Source of the DNA: a virus
Taxonomy: Duplodnaviria > Caudoviricetes
Length of the DNA stretch: 32,003 bases
Strand: one strand, 5' to 3'
Virus record (IMG/VR): IMGVR_UViG_3300037692_000028
Span: 1-32,003 of that record
Below, one piece after another: positions 1 to 7,701 of this stretch. The position numbers and the translations under genes were made by a program. Position 1 is the first letter of the stretch; every line of letters begins with the position of its first letter. The notes below the pieces were generated by a model. It saw nothing but the letters and a program-made list of their open reading frames with translations. It was not told the DNA's origin and ran no database searches.

Positions 1-2
1 AC

Positions 3-1082
3 GGCATCGAGCACAGCAAGGACGCCACATTCACCAAAAAGATTGTCGTCTGCAACTACGAGCGCCTGCACCTGCTGGACCCGGCAGACTTTGAATGCGT
101 TCTACTGGATGAGTCGAGCATCCTCAAAAACTTCGCCGGCAAGACGCGTGACGCCATCGTGGCATTCATCAAGCGCGTGCCATACCGATTCCTGAGCACC
201 GCCACGCCAAGCCCGAACGACTTTATTGAGCTTGGCAACAGTTCGGAGGCTCTCGGGTATATGGGCTACATGGACATGCTTGGGAAGTTCTTCAAATCCA
301 ACCAGGGAAGCGTTGACAGCAACAACCGCAATATAGGCGAAAAGTTCTACCTCAAGCCGCACGCCGAGCGCGATTTCTTCGCTTGGGTCAACCAGTGGTC
401 GATCATGGTCAAGAAGCCGTCCGACCTTGGTTTTAGCGACAAAGGCTATGAGTTACCGGCGCTGCACACCAACAAGCATCTGGTTCACAACGACAAGCAA
501 TGGACGATTGACGGCCAGGCTTCGCTGTTCGCCATGCCAGCAAAAACCATGAGTGAGGTGCGCGAAGAGCAGAAGTTGACCGTCACCGAGCGCTGCGAAA
601 AAGGCGTTGAGCTGGCGGCAGGCAAAACATCGGTCTACTGGTGCAACCTCAACGAAGAAAGCAGCTTGCTCGCCAGCCTGGACAGTGACGCGGTCGAGAT
701 CGTAGGAGGCATGAGCATCGACAAAAAGGAGGACATTCTGGTTTCGTTCGCGCGCGGCGACATAAAGCGGCTGATCACCAAGGCCAGGATGACATCCCTC
801 GGGCTGAACTGGCCGCACTGCCAGCACACCGTGTTTTTCCCGACATGGTCATACGAACAGTATTACCAGGCCATCCGCCGTTTCTGGCGATTCGGACAAA
901 GGCATGAGGTCGTGTGCGACATGGTCATAAGCGATGGCCAAGAGCGCGTACTCGAAGCGCTCGAGCAGAAGACGCAAAAGGCCATTGAGCTTTACGGGAA
1001 TCTCGTGGCGAACGCCAACCGTGATTTCAGTATGACCGTTAAAGGCTTTGACAAATCAATCATTCTGCCAAAATTTATCTAA
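3..1082 (+). CDS. SF2 (SNF2/DEAD-like) helicase, 5'-truncated by the window edge
   Basis: Frame is open from base 3; motif II variant VLLDESS, motif III STATP, motif V region GLNW-HC, motif VI QAIRRFWRFGQ. Confidence 0.9.
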   Translation, partial: GIEHSKDATFTKKIVVCNYERLHLLDPADFECVLLDESSILKNFAGKTRDAIVAFIKRVPYRFLSTATPSPNDFIELGNSSEALGYMGYMDMLGKFFKSNQGSVDSNNRNIGEKFYLKPHAERDFFAWVNQWSIMVKKPSDLGFSDKGYELPALHTNKHLVHNDKQWTIDGQASLFAMPAKTMSEVREEQKLTVTERCEKGVELAAGKTSVYWCNLNEESSLLASLDSDAVEIVGGMSIDKKEDILVSFARGDIKRLITKARMTSLGLNWPHCQHTVFFPTWSYEQYYQAIRRFWRFGQRHEVVCDMVISDGQERVLEALEQKTQKAIELYGNLVANANRDFSMTVKGFDKSIILPKFI

Positions 1083-1093
1083 GGGGCATCGTC

Positions 1094-2125
1094 GTGATTA
1101 AAGATCAAATACACACCGAGAGCTATAGCATCTACAACGGCGATAATATGGATGTTCTTCCGATGCTGCCTGAAAACTCAATCGGTCTTTCGCTGTACAG
1201 CCCGCCATTTTGTGGTCTGTATCAATACAGTAGCGATCACCGGGACATGTCGAACTGCGAAACCCGCGAGCAGTTTTTGCAGCAGTACGATTTTATGGTC
1301 AAGGAAGTTGCGCGCATCACGAAACCTGGCCGAATCACCGCCGTCCACTGCACCGACGTGTTCGACAACTCGTGCAACCTTTGGGATTTCCCGAACGAGA
1401 TTATCAAGATTCACGCGCGCCATGGATTCCAGTACCGGTGCCGCCAGATCGTGCGCAAGGAACCGCTCAAGGTGCGGATGCGCACGATGGTAAAAAGCCT
1501 GATGCACAAGCTGGTAGTCGAGGACATGACGCAGTGCTTCTCCGCTATGCCTGACTACGTGCTGATCTTCACCAAGAAGGGCGATAACGCAGAGCCGGTG
1601 GTTCATCCGTTCGGCCTGACTGAGTTCCCGTATTTTGGCGATCAGCCGATTCTGCCGCACTTCCTGGTCGCTTGGAACAATGACGACAACAATCCGCATA
1701 TGGATAGCTGCGAACAGCTCTGGGATCACCTGAACACGAAATACAAGGGACATAAGGACGCCAAGACCAACAAGCTAAGTCACTACACTTGGCGCCGCTA
1801 CGCCGATGCGTTTTGGGATGACATCCGAATCGATAACGTCCTGCCGTTCCGTGACAGCAAAGAGGAAGACGACGAGAAGCATGTCCACCCCTTGCAACTG
1901 GATGTGATCGACCGCCTGTCCTACATGTACAGCAACACAGGCGACACAGTGCTGACCCCGTTTATGGGCGTTGGCTCTGAGGTATACAGCCCGGTTTCAA
2001 TGGGGCGCAAGGCCATCGGAATCGAACTGAAAGACAGCTATTTCAAGCAGTCCCGTTTGAATCTTGAGGTCGCAGAAACGCGATTCGAGAAGGTCGAAAC
2101 GCCAGAGCAGTCAGTCCTTATCTGA
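1094..2125 (+). CDS. DNA amino-methyltransferase (N4-C/N6-A, beta class)
   Basis: Catalytic motif IV YSPPF near N-terminus, then HVHPLQLDVI and SAM-binding motif I PFMGVGS, IGIELK near C-terminus; SD AAGGGG before GTG. Confidence 0.9.
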   Translation: MIKDQIHTESYSIYNGDNMDVLPMLPENSIGLSLYSPPFCGLYQYSSDHRDMSNCETREQFLQQYDFMVKEVARITKPGRITAVHCTDVFDNSCNLWDFPNEIIKIHARHGFQYRCRQIVRKEPLKVRMRTMVKSLMHKLVVEDMTQCFSAMPDYVLIFTKKGDNAEPVVHPFGLTEFPYFGDQPILPHFLVAWNNDDNNPHMDSCEQLWDHLNTKYKGHKDAKTNKLSHYTWRRYADAFWDDIRIDNVLPFRDSKEEDDEKHVHPLQLDVIDRLSYMYSNTGDTVLTPFMGVGSEVYSPVSMGRKAIGIELKDSYFKQSRLNLEVAETRFEKVETPEQSVLI

Positions 2126-2166
2126 CATTGTGCGCCGTCGAAAGGCGCCGCATCCGAGGATCTAAA

Positions 2167-2523
2167 ATGCGCGTCTATATCGCAGGGCCAATGACCGGCC
2201 TGCCTGACTTCAATTATCCCGCGTTCCACGCAGAGGCAGCCCGCCTGCGCGAACTCGGCTACCGTGTTTCGAATCCAGCCGAGAACCAGGCTCAGGTCAA
2301 CTGGCAATACTACATGCGCGCGGCCATCCGAATGATGCTGCTGTGCGATGCGGTAGCACTTCTCCCAAATTGGAAGCAGTCGCGCGGCGCTCTCATTGAG
2401 CACGGTATCGCGATTGCGCTCGGGATCCCGGCGCGCCCCTGCGAAGAGTTCCAAGGCGAGCTTGACGTAATGACGCGCAGTAACTACGCTATGCGGACAC
2501 AAGGGGAATTGCCGCATGCCTAA
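2167..2523 (+). CDS. DUF4406-like (nucleoside deoxyribosyltransferase-fold) protein
   Basis: MRVYIAGPMTGLPDFNYPAF...NPAE...CDAVALLPNWKQSRGALIE signature; SD GAGGA before ATG 2167. Confidence 0.85.
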   Translation: MRVYIAGPMTGLPDFNYPAFHAEAARLRELGYRVSNPAENQAQVNWQYYMRAAIRMMLLCDAVALLPNWKQSRGALIEHGIAIALGIPARPCEEFQGELDVMTRSNYAMRTQGELPHA

Positions 2524-2653
2524 ATTGACCAACCTGATTCAGAAACTCCGCACGATCCGCCTGGATGATATCCGCTGGGCGAAATTCAAGCGCCTGGGCA
2601 GCATTGGCTGGCTGCGTGACAAGATCGATGCAGAGAAGGAGCCGAAGAAATGA
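2516..2653 (+). CDS. 45-aa putative ribbon-helix-helix-like DNA-binding protein (below ORF-track cutoff)
   Basis: MPKLTNLIQKLRTIRLDDIRWAKFKRLGSIGWLRDKIDAEKEPKK; SD AAGGGG; fills the gap and overlaps the next start (ATGA). Confidence 0.6.
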   Translation: MPKLTNLIQKLRTIRLDDIRWAKFKRLGSIGWLRDKIDAEKEPKK

Positions 2654-3609
2654 GCGATAAACCAATACCGCCAGCAGTGGCAGAGCACGCCCTGCAAGCC
2701 TGCCTCACCGAAAACGGCGAGCAGATCGGCATGTCCGCGACCATCGCGCAGCAGGCAGAGCTGATCCGACTGCAAGAGGACAAAATCCAGCGCCAGGCGG
2801 CCGAACTGTTCGCGCTGAAGATGCCTGGTGCGCTGAAGCGGGCAGGCGCTGGCGGGCATGTCCCTGACTCGGTCTTTCAGGATGAATTTCAGGTCTGGTG
2901 GGAAGATGAAGGCCAGTACGTTCGGTCAGGCGGCGGCACCTATGAGCGGTTCTTTGCTTTCCAGGCATGGCGTCACCTTTACCCGATGCTGATGCAAGCC
3001 CGCGCCCGACTCAACGCCTCCCGCGACGTGGTGCAGGTAGCCTATCGAGTTACTGGCGCATACACAGACTGCGCGTTCACGCACAAATCTTCGGCAGAGG
3101 CGTATTTGTCCGGCCTGCTATCGAGCGATCCCGATGGTGGATACCAGATAACCGGCCTGTACGCCGCGCCAACCCCCGCGCCAGACAATAGCGCGGATGA
3201 CAAGATGGTCAGGGTGCCGAGGGAGCCTATGCAGGGTGAGGCGATGGATCCGTTTGCATGGGCGGAGTTCGATGGTGAGGGCGGCTACGATCTCCGACTG
3301 TACGAAAACAACGAGGACTTCAACCAAGAATACGTCGAGCGCAACGGCGAAAAATACTCAGGGTGGGTCATGCCGCTCTACACCGCCCCGCCATCGCTCG
3401 ACGCTGAGCTGGTGGGGTTGCTGACCGGCCTTGTCGAGATAGCCTCCAAGCGTAATCGAGGCCGTCGCGGATCGCCAAATCACGGCCACTCAATGCCCGG
3501 CATATGGGACAGCGACAACGGCGACCTTGCAGGCAAGCCATGCGCTGAATGCGCTCTGTATGATCTTGCGGTAGACAAGCTCGCCGATCTGCGCAAGGAG
3601 GCCCCATGA
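2650..3609 (+). CDS. Hypothetical mosaic early phage protein
   Basis: 319-aa ORF with SD AAGGAG and ATGA overlaps at both ends; short blocks joined by LYAAP/LYTAPP linkers; C-terminal HGH...CAEC motif. Confidence 0.75.
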   Translation: MSDKPIPPAVAEHALQACLTENGEQIGMSATIAQQAELIRLQEDKIQRQAAELFALKMPGALKRAGAGGHVPDSVFQDEFQVWWEDEGQYVRSGGGTYERFFAFQAWRHLYPMLMQARARLNASRDVVQVAYRVTGAYTDCAFTHKSSAEAYLSGLLSSDPDGGYQITGLYAAPTPAPDNSADDKMVRVPREPMQGEAMDPFAWAEFDGEGGYDLRLYENNEDFNQEYVERNGEKYSGWVMPLYTAPPSLDAELVGLLTGLVEIASKRNRGRRGSPNHGHSMPGIWDSDNGDLAGKPCAECALYDLAVDKLADLRKEAP

Positions 3610-3935
3610 GCTGCCCAGTGTGCAACGGTCCCACCATCTGGCAAGGCACTCTATCCCGTGGCCGCATGGTCTGCCCTGGCTGCCAGCCGGCCGAGGATGA
3701 GCCAACTGAATTTGTGTTCCCGCATGGCCAGGTATCGCGCGCGCTGGCGAGGTACTACCGCGGCGTGGCGTCCTTCCATCGTGAGTGGTGCAGGGCCAGG
3801 ACGATGGTTAAGTCGCGGCCAGGGACAAAGACTGATGCCGCTTTCTGCGATTGCGGTTTCGAACAACTGGCGCCCTACAACCCTGCCGAAATCGAGCAGC
3901 GCGAGAACGCTACATATGGAAAGGTGACGCCATGA
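3606..3935 (+). CDS. Hypothetical Zn-finger-like protein
   Basis: CPVC...CPGC at N-terminus, H-xx-WC and FCDCG later; SD AAGGAGG; coupled overlaps. Confidence 0.7.
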   Translation: MSCPVCNGPTIWQGTLSRGRMVCPGCQPAEDEPTEFVFPHGQVSRALARYYRGVASFHREWCRARTMVKSRPGTKTDAAFCDCGFEQLAPYNPAEIEQRENATYGKVTP

Positions 3936-4207
3936 ACATGCCATGCACCGTAATTTCAGAGCATAGATTCGCCGCTTACCGGAGCCTGCGCTCGATGCGG
4001 GAATTGAGCGCGCAGCTTGAGGATTCTTTGCAGCAGCTGGTTGATGCCAAGCTCGCGCTGCTTGAGTCGTTCGCGCACTGCATGACGCCGGAGATTCACG
4101 AGGTAGTCGGCGCATCCGTTGCGCTTGGCGTGCAGCTTGAAACTCTCTATCTGGCGAATGAAAAACAAATCGCCTGCATTGAAAATCTTTTACGCGAATC
4201 GCCTTGA
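3932..4207 (+). CDS. Hypothetical helical protein (91 aa)
   Basis: ATG 3932 overlaps upstream stop, SD AAGGTG; Leu/Glu-rich coiled-coil-like sequence. Confidence 0.65.
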   Translation: MNMPCTVISEHRFAAYRSLRSMRELSAQLEDSLQQLVDAKLALLESFAHCMTPEIHEVVGASVALGVQLETLYLANEKQIACIENLLRESP

Positions 4208-4232
4208 CTCTGCCTGAATATCAGCTTTACTC
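4204..4232 (+). promoter_or_regulatory. Possible sigma70 promoter with small inverted repeat in spacer
   Basis: TTGACT at 4204-4209, weak -10 (TTTACT), CTGA-ATA-TCAG dyad; followed by SD GAGGAG and ATG 4256. Confidence 0.35.
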
Positions 4233-4255
4233 AAATCAGGAAGAGGAGAAACGCC

Positions 4256-4468
4256 ATGAACACCAACAACCAAGGCATGATCAAATCAGCACGCGCAACC
4301 CGCATCGACGCGCTGCACAAAGCTGATCCTGGCCGCCACGTCCGCAGGCGTAATCAGTGTGTACCCATCGCCCAAGGTGCTCGGCCTGATGGTCGGCACA
4401 CGACGTTACGAGGACGCGGCATACGGCGCGTCGATAGCGCCAGACATTTATGGCGGGCTGTTCCGTAA
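4256..4468 (+). CDS. Well-signalled ORF whose first ~18 codons run out of frame into the phaZ fragment; probably a disrupted phage gene
   Basis: Strong SD (AAGAGGAG) and ATG; from ~4311 it is only an alternative frame of phaZ. Confidence 0.35.
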   Translation: MNTNNQGMIKSARATRIDALHKADPGRHVRRRNQCVPIAQGARPDGRHTTLRGRGIRRVDSARHLWRAVP

Positions 4469-4769
4469 TGACCCGGAACTGTGCGCCAACCACTTCCAAT
4501 CTATGAAGGCGCCAACCGGGCGCGGCTACCACTACCAAGGCATGGCGGTGTGGGGCTGGTCCAGCCTGCCCTGGCTGCACAAGCTGCGCCAGCCGACCCT
4601 GGTGCTTGCCGGCAACGATGACCCGCTGATCCCGCTGATCAACATGCGGGCACTGGCGTGCTTGATACCCAAGGCCGAGTTGCGCGTGATCGACGATGGC
4701 CACCTGTTCATGGCTACCCAGCCGCAGATGACCGCCGGCGTTGTCTCGACATTCCTATCCAAGCAGTGA
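4311..4769 (+). pseudogene. phaZ: 3' half of an intracellular poly(3-hydroxyalkanoate) depolymerase (alpha/beta hydrolase)
   Basis: In frame RCTKLILAATSAG...PKVL...RRY...IAPDIYGG...WLHKLRQPTLVLAGNDDPLIPLINMR...IDDGHLF matches the Pseudomonas-type PhaZ C-terminal half; in-frame stop at 4278-4280; GxSxG nucleophile absent. Confidence 0.88.
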
Positions 4770-5633
4770 CTACGGGCGCTCCTCGACGATAAGGGTGTAC
4801 ACGCCAGAGGACGCGCCGGTAACGCCAGTCAGCTTTGAAAGCACAAGGTAATACGTGTCGAACAGAAGGCCTCGCTCGCCGAATGCCGAGGCACCTACGG
4901 TCGTTTGCTGGGCGGTTGCGCCGGAAGTCCTGACTCGGATTGTCTCAACCGATACCCCTACTGGAGGCGCTGAGGGTGTAAACGTGCCGCCAGTGTGAAC
5001 TGTTCCCTGGAACACGTAGGGGTCCATCTCGTCCATGAAGTTGACAGAGTACATTGGGACTACATCGGAAAATGTCCCTCCCTCCGTTCCTTGCGAGGAA
5101 CGGTAGGCGCGGAAGGCTATTCCGCCCTCGTCGATAGTCAGGCCCTGGTGGTGGATGATGAAATTGACCGGGATCACGACTTTCAGAACCAGCGGCGTAG
5201 CATCAAGCCCGGTAAATTCGTGCGACAGTCTCCACATTTTCCGGTCAAAAAATCCGGTCTGACCCTGGTCGACACGGAGCCTGGAGTTGTCTCCAAAGCC
5301 GCCGTCAGTCATCAGGGAGCTGGGCGGCCATGCAGTCGGCTGGCTGGTCAGCCATATCCGCGGGATGGTTCCGCCAACCAAATCAGCAAAGGTCACGCGC
5401 AGAGAGGCCATAGGTCCGTCGCTGTTCATTGCAAGCTCGCCGCTGGTGATGTCTACGGCGTATGCAATGACAGTCCATAGCGTTGACCCTATCTGCCGCT
5501 GCTCGACTGTCACGGTGCCGGCAGACGGCGCCGCGGTGAATGCTAGGTAGATATCGTGCGTCCCGACTTCTCCGCCAGGCAGAGGGACGATCTGCGCGCC
5601 GTTTACTGCCTGTATTTCGAATGGTCTGGCCAT
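4770..5633 (-). CDS. Hypothetical beta-rich protein, probably virion-associated, two domains
   Basis: 287-aa ORF, last gene of the late block; Gly/Thr/Val-rich; RLRVDQGQTGFF...EERP recalled from Pseudomonas phage proteins. Confidence 0.7.
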   Translation of the reverse strand: MARPFEIQAVNGAQIVPLPGGEVGTHDIYLAFTAAPSAGTVTVEQRQIGSTLWTVIAYAVDITSGELAMNSDGPMASLRVTFADLVGGTIPRIWLTSQPTAWPPSSLMTDGGFGDNSRLRVDQGQTGFFDRKMWRLSHEFTGLDATPLVLKVVIPVNFIIHHQGLTIDEGGIAFRAYRSSQGTEGGTFSDVVPMYSVNFMDEMDPYVFQGTVHTGGTFTPSAPPVGVSVETIRVRTSGATAQQTTVGASAFGERGLLFDTYYLVLSKLTGVTGASSGVYTLIVEERP

Positions 5634-5637
5634 GTCA

Positions 5638-5919
5638 TTACTCGCACGTTAAATCCGATTTAAAGTCGGCACCGTCGCGCCATGCGCGCAGAGCCGCCTT
5701 GTCCTGATTAGACTGTACAAGTGCGCAGTATAGTTCCGGCGCCCAGCGTGCGAGGTCAGAATTCTTTCTGCCGGCCGGCAATGGGATGGGCGTGTCGATC
5801 AGCAGCAGGTCGGGCGGAACCTCACGGACGATTACAGTCCGGGTCGGCAGGAAGGTGCAGGCGGTCAGCGACAACGCCAGGAACGCAATCGTCAGACCAT
5901 GCAGCTGTTTCTGGATCAT
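5638..5919 (-). CDS. Outer-membrane spanin (Rz1-like lipoprotein)
   Basis: Signal peptide with lipobox LTAC, Pro-rich VPPDLLLIDTPIPLP, overlaps 3' end of i-spanin. Confidence 0.85.
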   Translation of the reverse strand: MIQKQLHGLTIAFLALSLTACTFLPTRTVIVREVPPDLLLIDTPIPLPAGRKNSDLARWAPELYCALVQSNQDKAALRAWRDGADFKSDLTCE

Positions 5920-6184
5920 GTCGGAACGCCTTATCGAGGTCAGAACGCAACTGTTTGAGCTGAGCGGTCAGGGCGTTGTCCGAGCGCTTTCGGGCTGCAA
6001 GGAGTGCATCCGTCGAGGCCTGGCGCGCCATGACTTCGGCGAGCTGCTTTCCCAGGCTTACAGCTTGATCCTCGGCGGCCTTGGCTGCATATCTTGCGTC
6101 CTGCACCTGGCCCCACATGAGATAGCCGCCAGAGAGTGCACCAGCGGCCACCAGGGCGAGCCAGAAGCCTATGCGGGCGGTCAT
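5822..6184 (-). CDS. Inner-membrane spanin (Rz-like)
   Basis: N-terminal TM segment, Ala/Gln coiled coil, C-terminal W-x-D-x-x-VP; directly after endolysin. Confidence 0.85.
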   Translation of the reverse strand: MTARIGFWLALVAAGALSGGYLMWGQVQDARYAAKAAEDQAVSLGKQLAEVMARQASTDALLAARKRSDNALTAQLKQLRSDLDKAFRHDPETAAWSDDCVPGVVADRLHLPADPDCNRP

Positions 6185-6693
6185 GCTGATAAACCCTTAC
6201 GGCATAGCGCGCGCTCTGCCTGTCGGCGATTCTGGAGGCCCTGAACGTATCGGCCGCCAGCATTCGACCAGTTTGGCCGTCCTGCAGGTGTGCGGGCAAT
6301 CAGGTTGCAGCCTTCAGATACGCGGCCGGCGTTGATGGTCTTCATGGCCTGCGATCCACACGCCCCGGACTTGCCTACGTTGACCGCGAACAGGGTCAGG
6401 CCGATCAGGCGGTCAGCGTCGAGGTGCTGCCAGGTGGTACAGGACAGGACTGCGGCGCCGTACTCAACCAGCGTGCCCTTGTTGACTGCCTGGCATTCAT
6501 CGCTGGCAAGCTTGGTGCCTACCTTGGCTTCCCAGCCTGTGCGGCCGGCGCACCATGTCGGCAGCCCCCCAGCCAGGTTGTCGGCGTAGACCGTCAGGAT
6601 GTTTCCCTCCCAGCGCTCAAGCTCGAATAGTGCGAGCGGTCCGGTCAGGGCTGCGACGAATGCCATCGGGACTACCTTGCCCTTTACGTTCAT
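6181..6693 (-). CDS. Endolysin, GH24 lysozyme, possibly SAR type
   Basis: E-x8-D...T triad (WEGNILTVYADNLAGGLPTWCAG), NVG, GLQNRRQAERALC; weakly hydrophobic N-terminus after MNVKGK. Confidence 0.92.
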   Translation of the reverse strand: MNVKGKVVPMAFVAALTGPLALFELERWEGNILTVYADNLAGGLPTWCAGRTGWEAKVGTKLASDECQAVNKGTLVEYGAAVLSCTTWQHLDADRLIGLTLFAVNVGKSGACGSQAMKTINAGRVSEGCNLIARTPAGRPNWSNAGGRYVQGLQNRRQAERALCRKGLSA

Positions 6694-7067
6694 CTTGCCG
6701 ACTCCCGGCCTGTCGCGATCAACGTCAGGATCTTGTCCAGCCGGTCATTGGTCTGCCGCTGGTGGTCGTTGCTCTCTCGTCTCAGTGTGTCGATCTGCTC
6801 TCGCAACTCGCGACTGAACGCAGCCCCTAGATTTTTGATGTCCTGATCTTGAAGCTGTATGCGCTCCCACACCCTTCCAACGTCTGAACGATCTGCCTTC
6901 TGTGCTAACACATTGCGAACCTCGTCAAGATCAGCATCTAAGCTGTCGAGTCGCTCGTCCGTCCTGGTACTGGAGCGCTTGAAGTACCAGAGCAGCAAGC
7001 CCATAACCGGGCCAAAAATTGCGCCAAGCACCCAGGCTTTGACACTGTCTAGTCCTTCCAATTCCAC
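6690..7067 (-). CDS. Putative holin (single N-terminal TM plus coiled coil)
   Basis: TM AWVLGAIFGPVMGLLLWYF; first gene of the lysis cassette; SD AAGGGG before GTG. Confidence 0.6.
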   Translation of the reverse strand: MELEGLDSVKAWVLGAIFGPVMGLLLWYFKRSSTRTDERLDSLDADLDEVRNVLAQKADRSDVGRVWERIQLQDQDIKNLGAAFSRELREQIDTLRRESNDHQRQTNDRLDKILTLIATGRESAR

Positions 7068-7108
7068 GCCCCTTGACTATTTACTGATGGCGACATGATA
7101 GCGCATTG

Positions 7109-7276
7109 TCATTCGTCAGGCTGAACTTCAGGCGCGTGGAATTGTCCTCCTTCGTATATCATGCATTCCGTAGTGCCGGCAGGGCATGCCACCCATATCA
7201 GCGAAGGATGAAACCGCGAAGCAGGATCAATATCCGTCAGCTCCATCACTGTTTTATTTTCAATTCGTGCCCACAT
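7109..7276 (-). CDS. 55-aa tail-fibre assembly-like protein (below ORF-track cutoff)
   Basis: MWARIENKTVMELTDIDPASRFHPSLIWVACPAGTTECMIYEGGQFHAPEVQPDE; SD GAGGA; motif typical of genes following Gly-rich fibres. Confidence 0.8.
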   Translation of the reverse strand: MWARIENKTVMELTDIDPASRFHPSLIWVACPAGTTECMIYEGGQFHAPEVQPDE

Positions 7277-7278
7277 AT

Positions 7279-7698
7279 TCAAGTCCTCGGTAAAATGTTG
7301 TAAGTGACGCAGTTGTATCCATCCTTTATCTCCGCTAGACCGTTCACCCCAGGCGCTGCAGTTGATGCAGAGCGTCCGAAAATTGTTACTGTATGATTTC
7401 CTGGCTCAACATCAAAGCTGAATGCAATCGGGCAAATTCCATAATGATCTGTGAGATCATATATATTCATTCCTGTTTTTGCACCAGGTATCCATATTCC
7501 GTTAAGCATTGCATTGAATGCCACCATAACTGCCTTTCCAGATGTTCCGGCTATAGCTCTGTGTTCGCAGTCGATATGCCCTGTCACAATGACAGATGAA
7601 GGCTCGGTGATTGTGAATGAATGTCCAAGTTCATTAATTGTTTGGAAGTTCTCGAAAAGATCAGGGGACCATCCAGAGACTATTTTAGTTACTACCAT
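7279..7698 (-). CDS. Hypothetical AT-rich beta-sandwich-like protein between fibre and its chaperone
   Basis: 139-aa ORF, 3-bp and 2-bp gaps to neighbours, many A/T-ending codons. Confidence 0.75.
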   Translation of the reverse strand: MVVTKIVSGWSPDLFENFQTINELGHSFTITEPSSVIVTGHIDCEHRAIAGTSGKAVMVAFNAMLNGIWIPGAKTGMNIYDLTDHYGICPIAFSFDVEPGNHTVTIFGRSASTAAPGVNGLAEIKDGYNCVTYNILPRT

Positions 7699-7701
7699 TG
7701 A

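Noticed and set aside
4200-4800. Integrase or defined att core at the arm junction
   Set aside because: No tyrosine or serine recombinase ORF and no arm-type repeats visible
7090-7125. Shared late-promoter motif before holin, protease and terS
   Set aside because: Each has a -10-like hexamer, but upstream sequences do not align convincingly by eye
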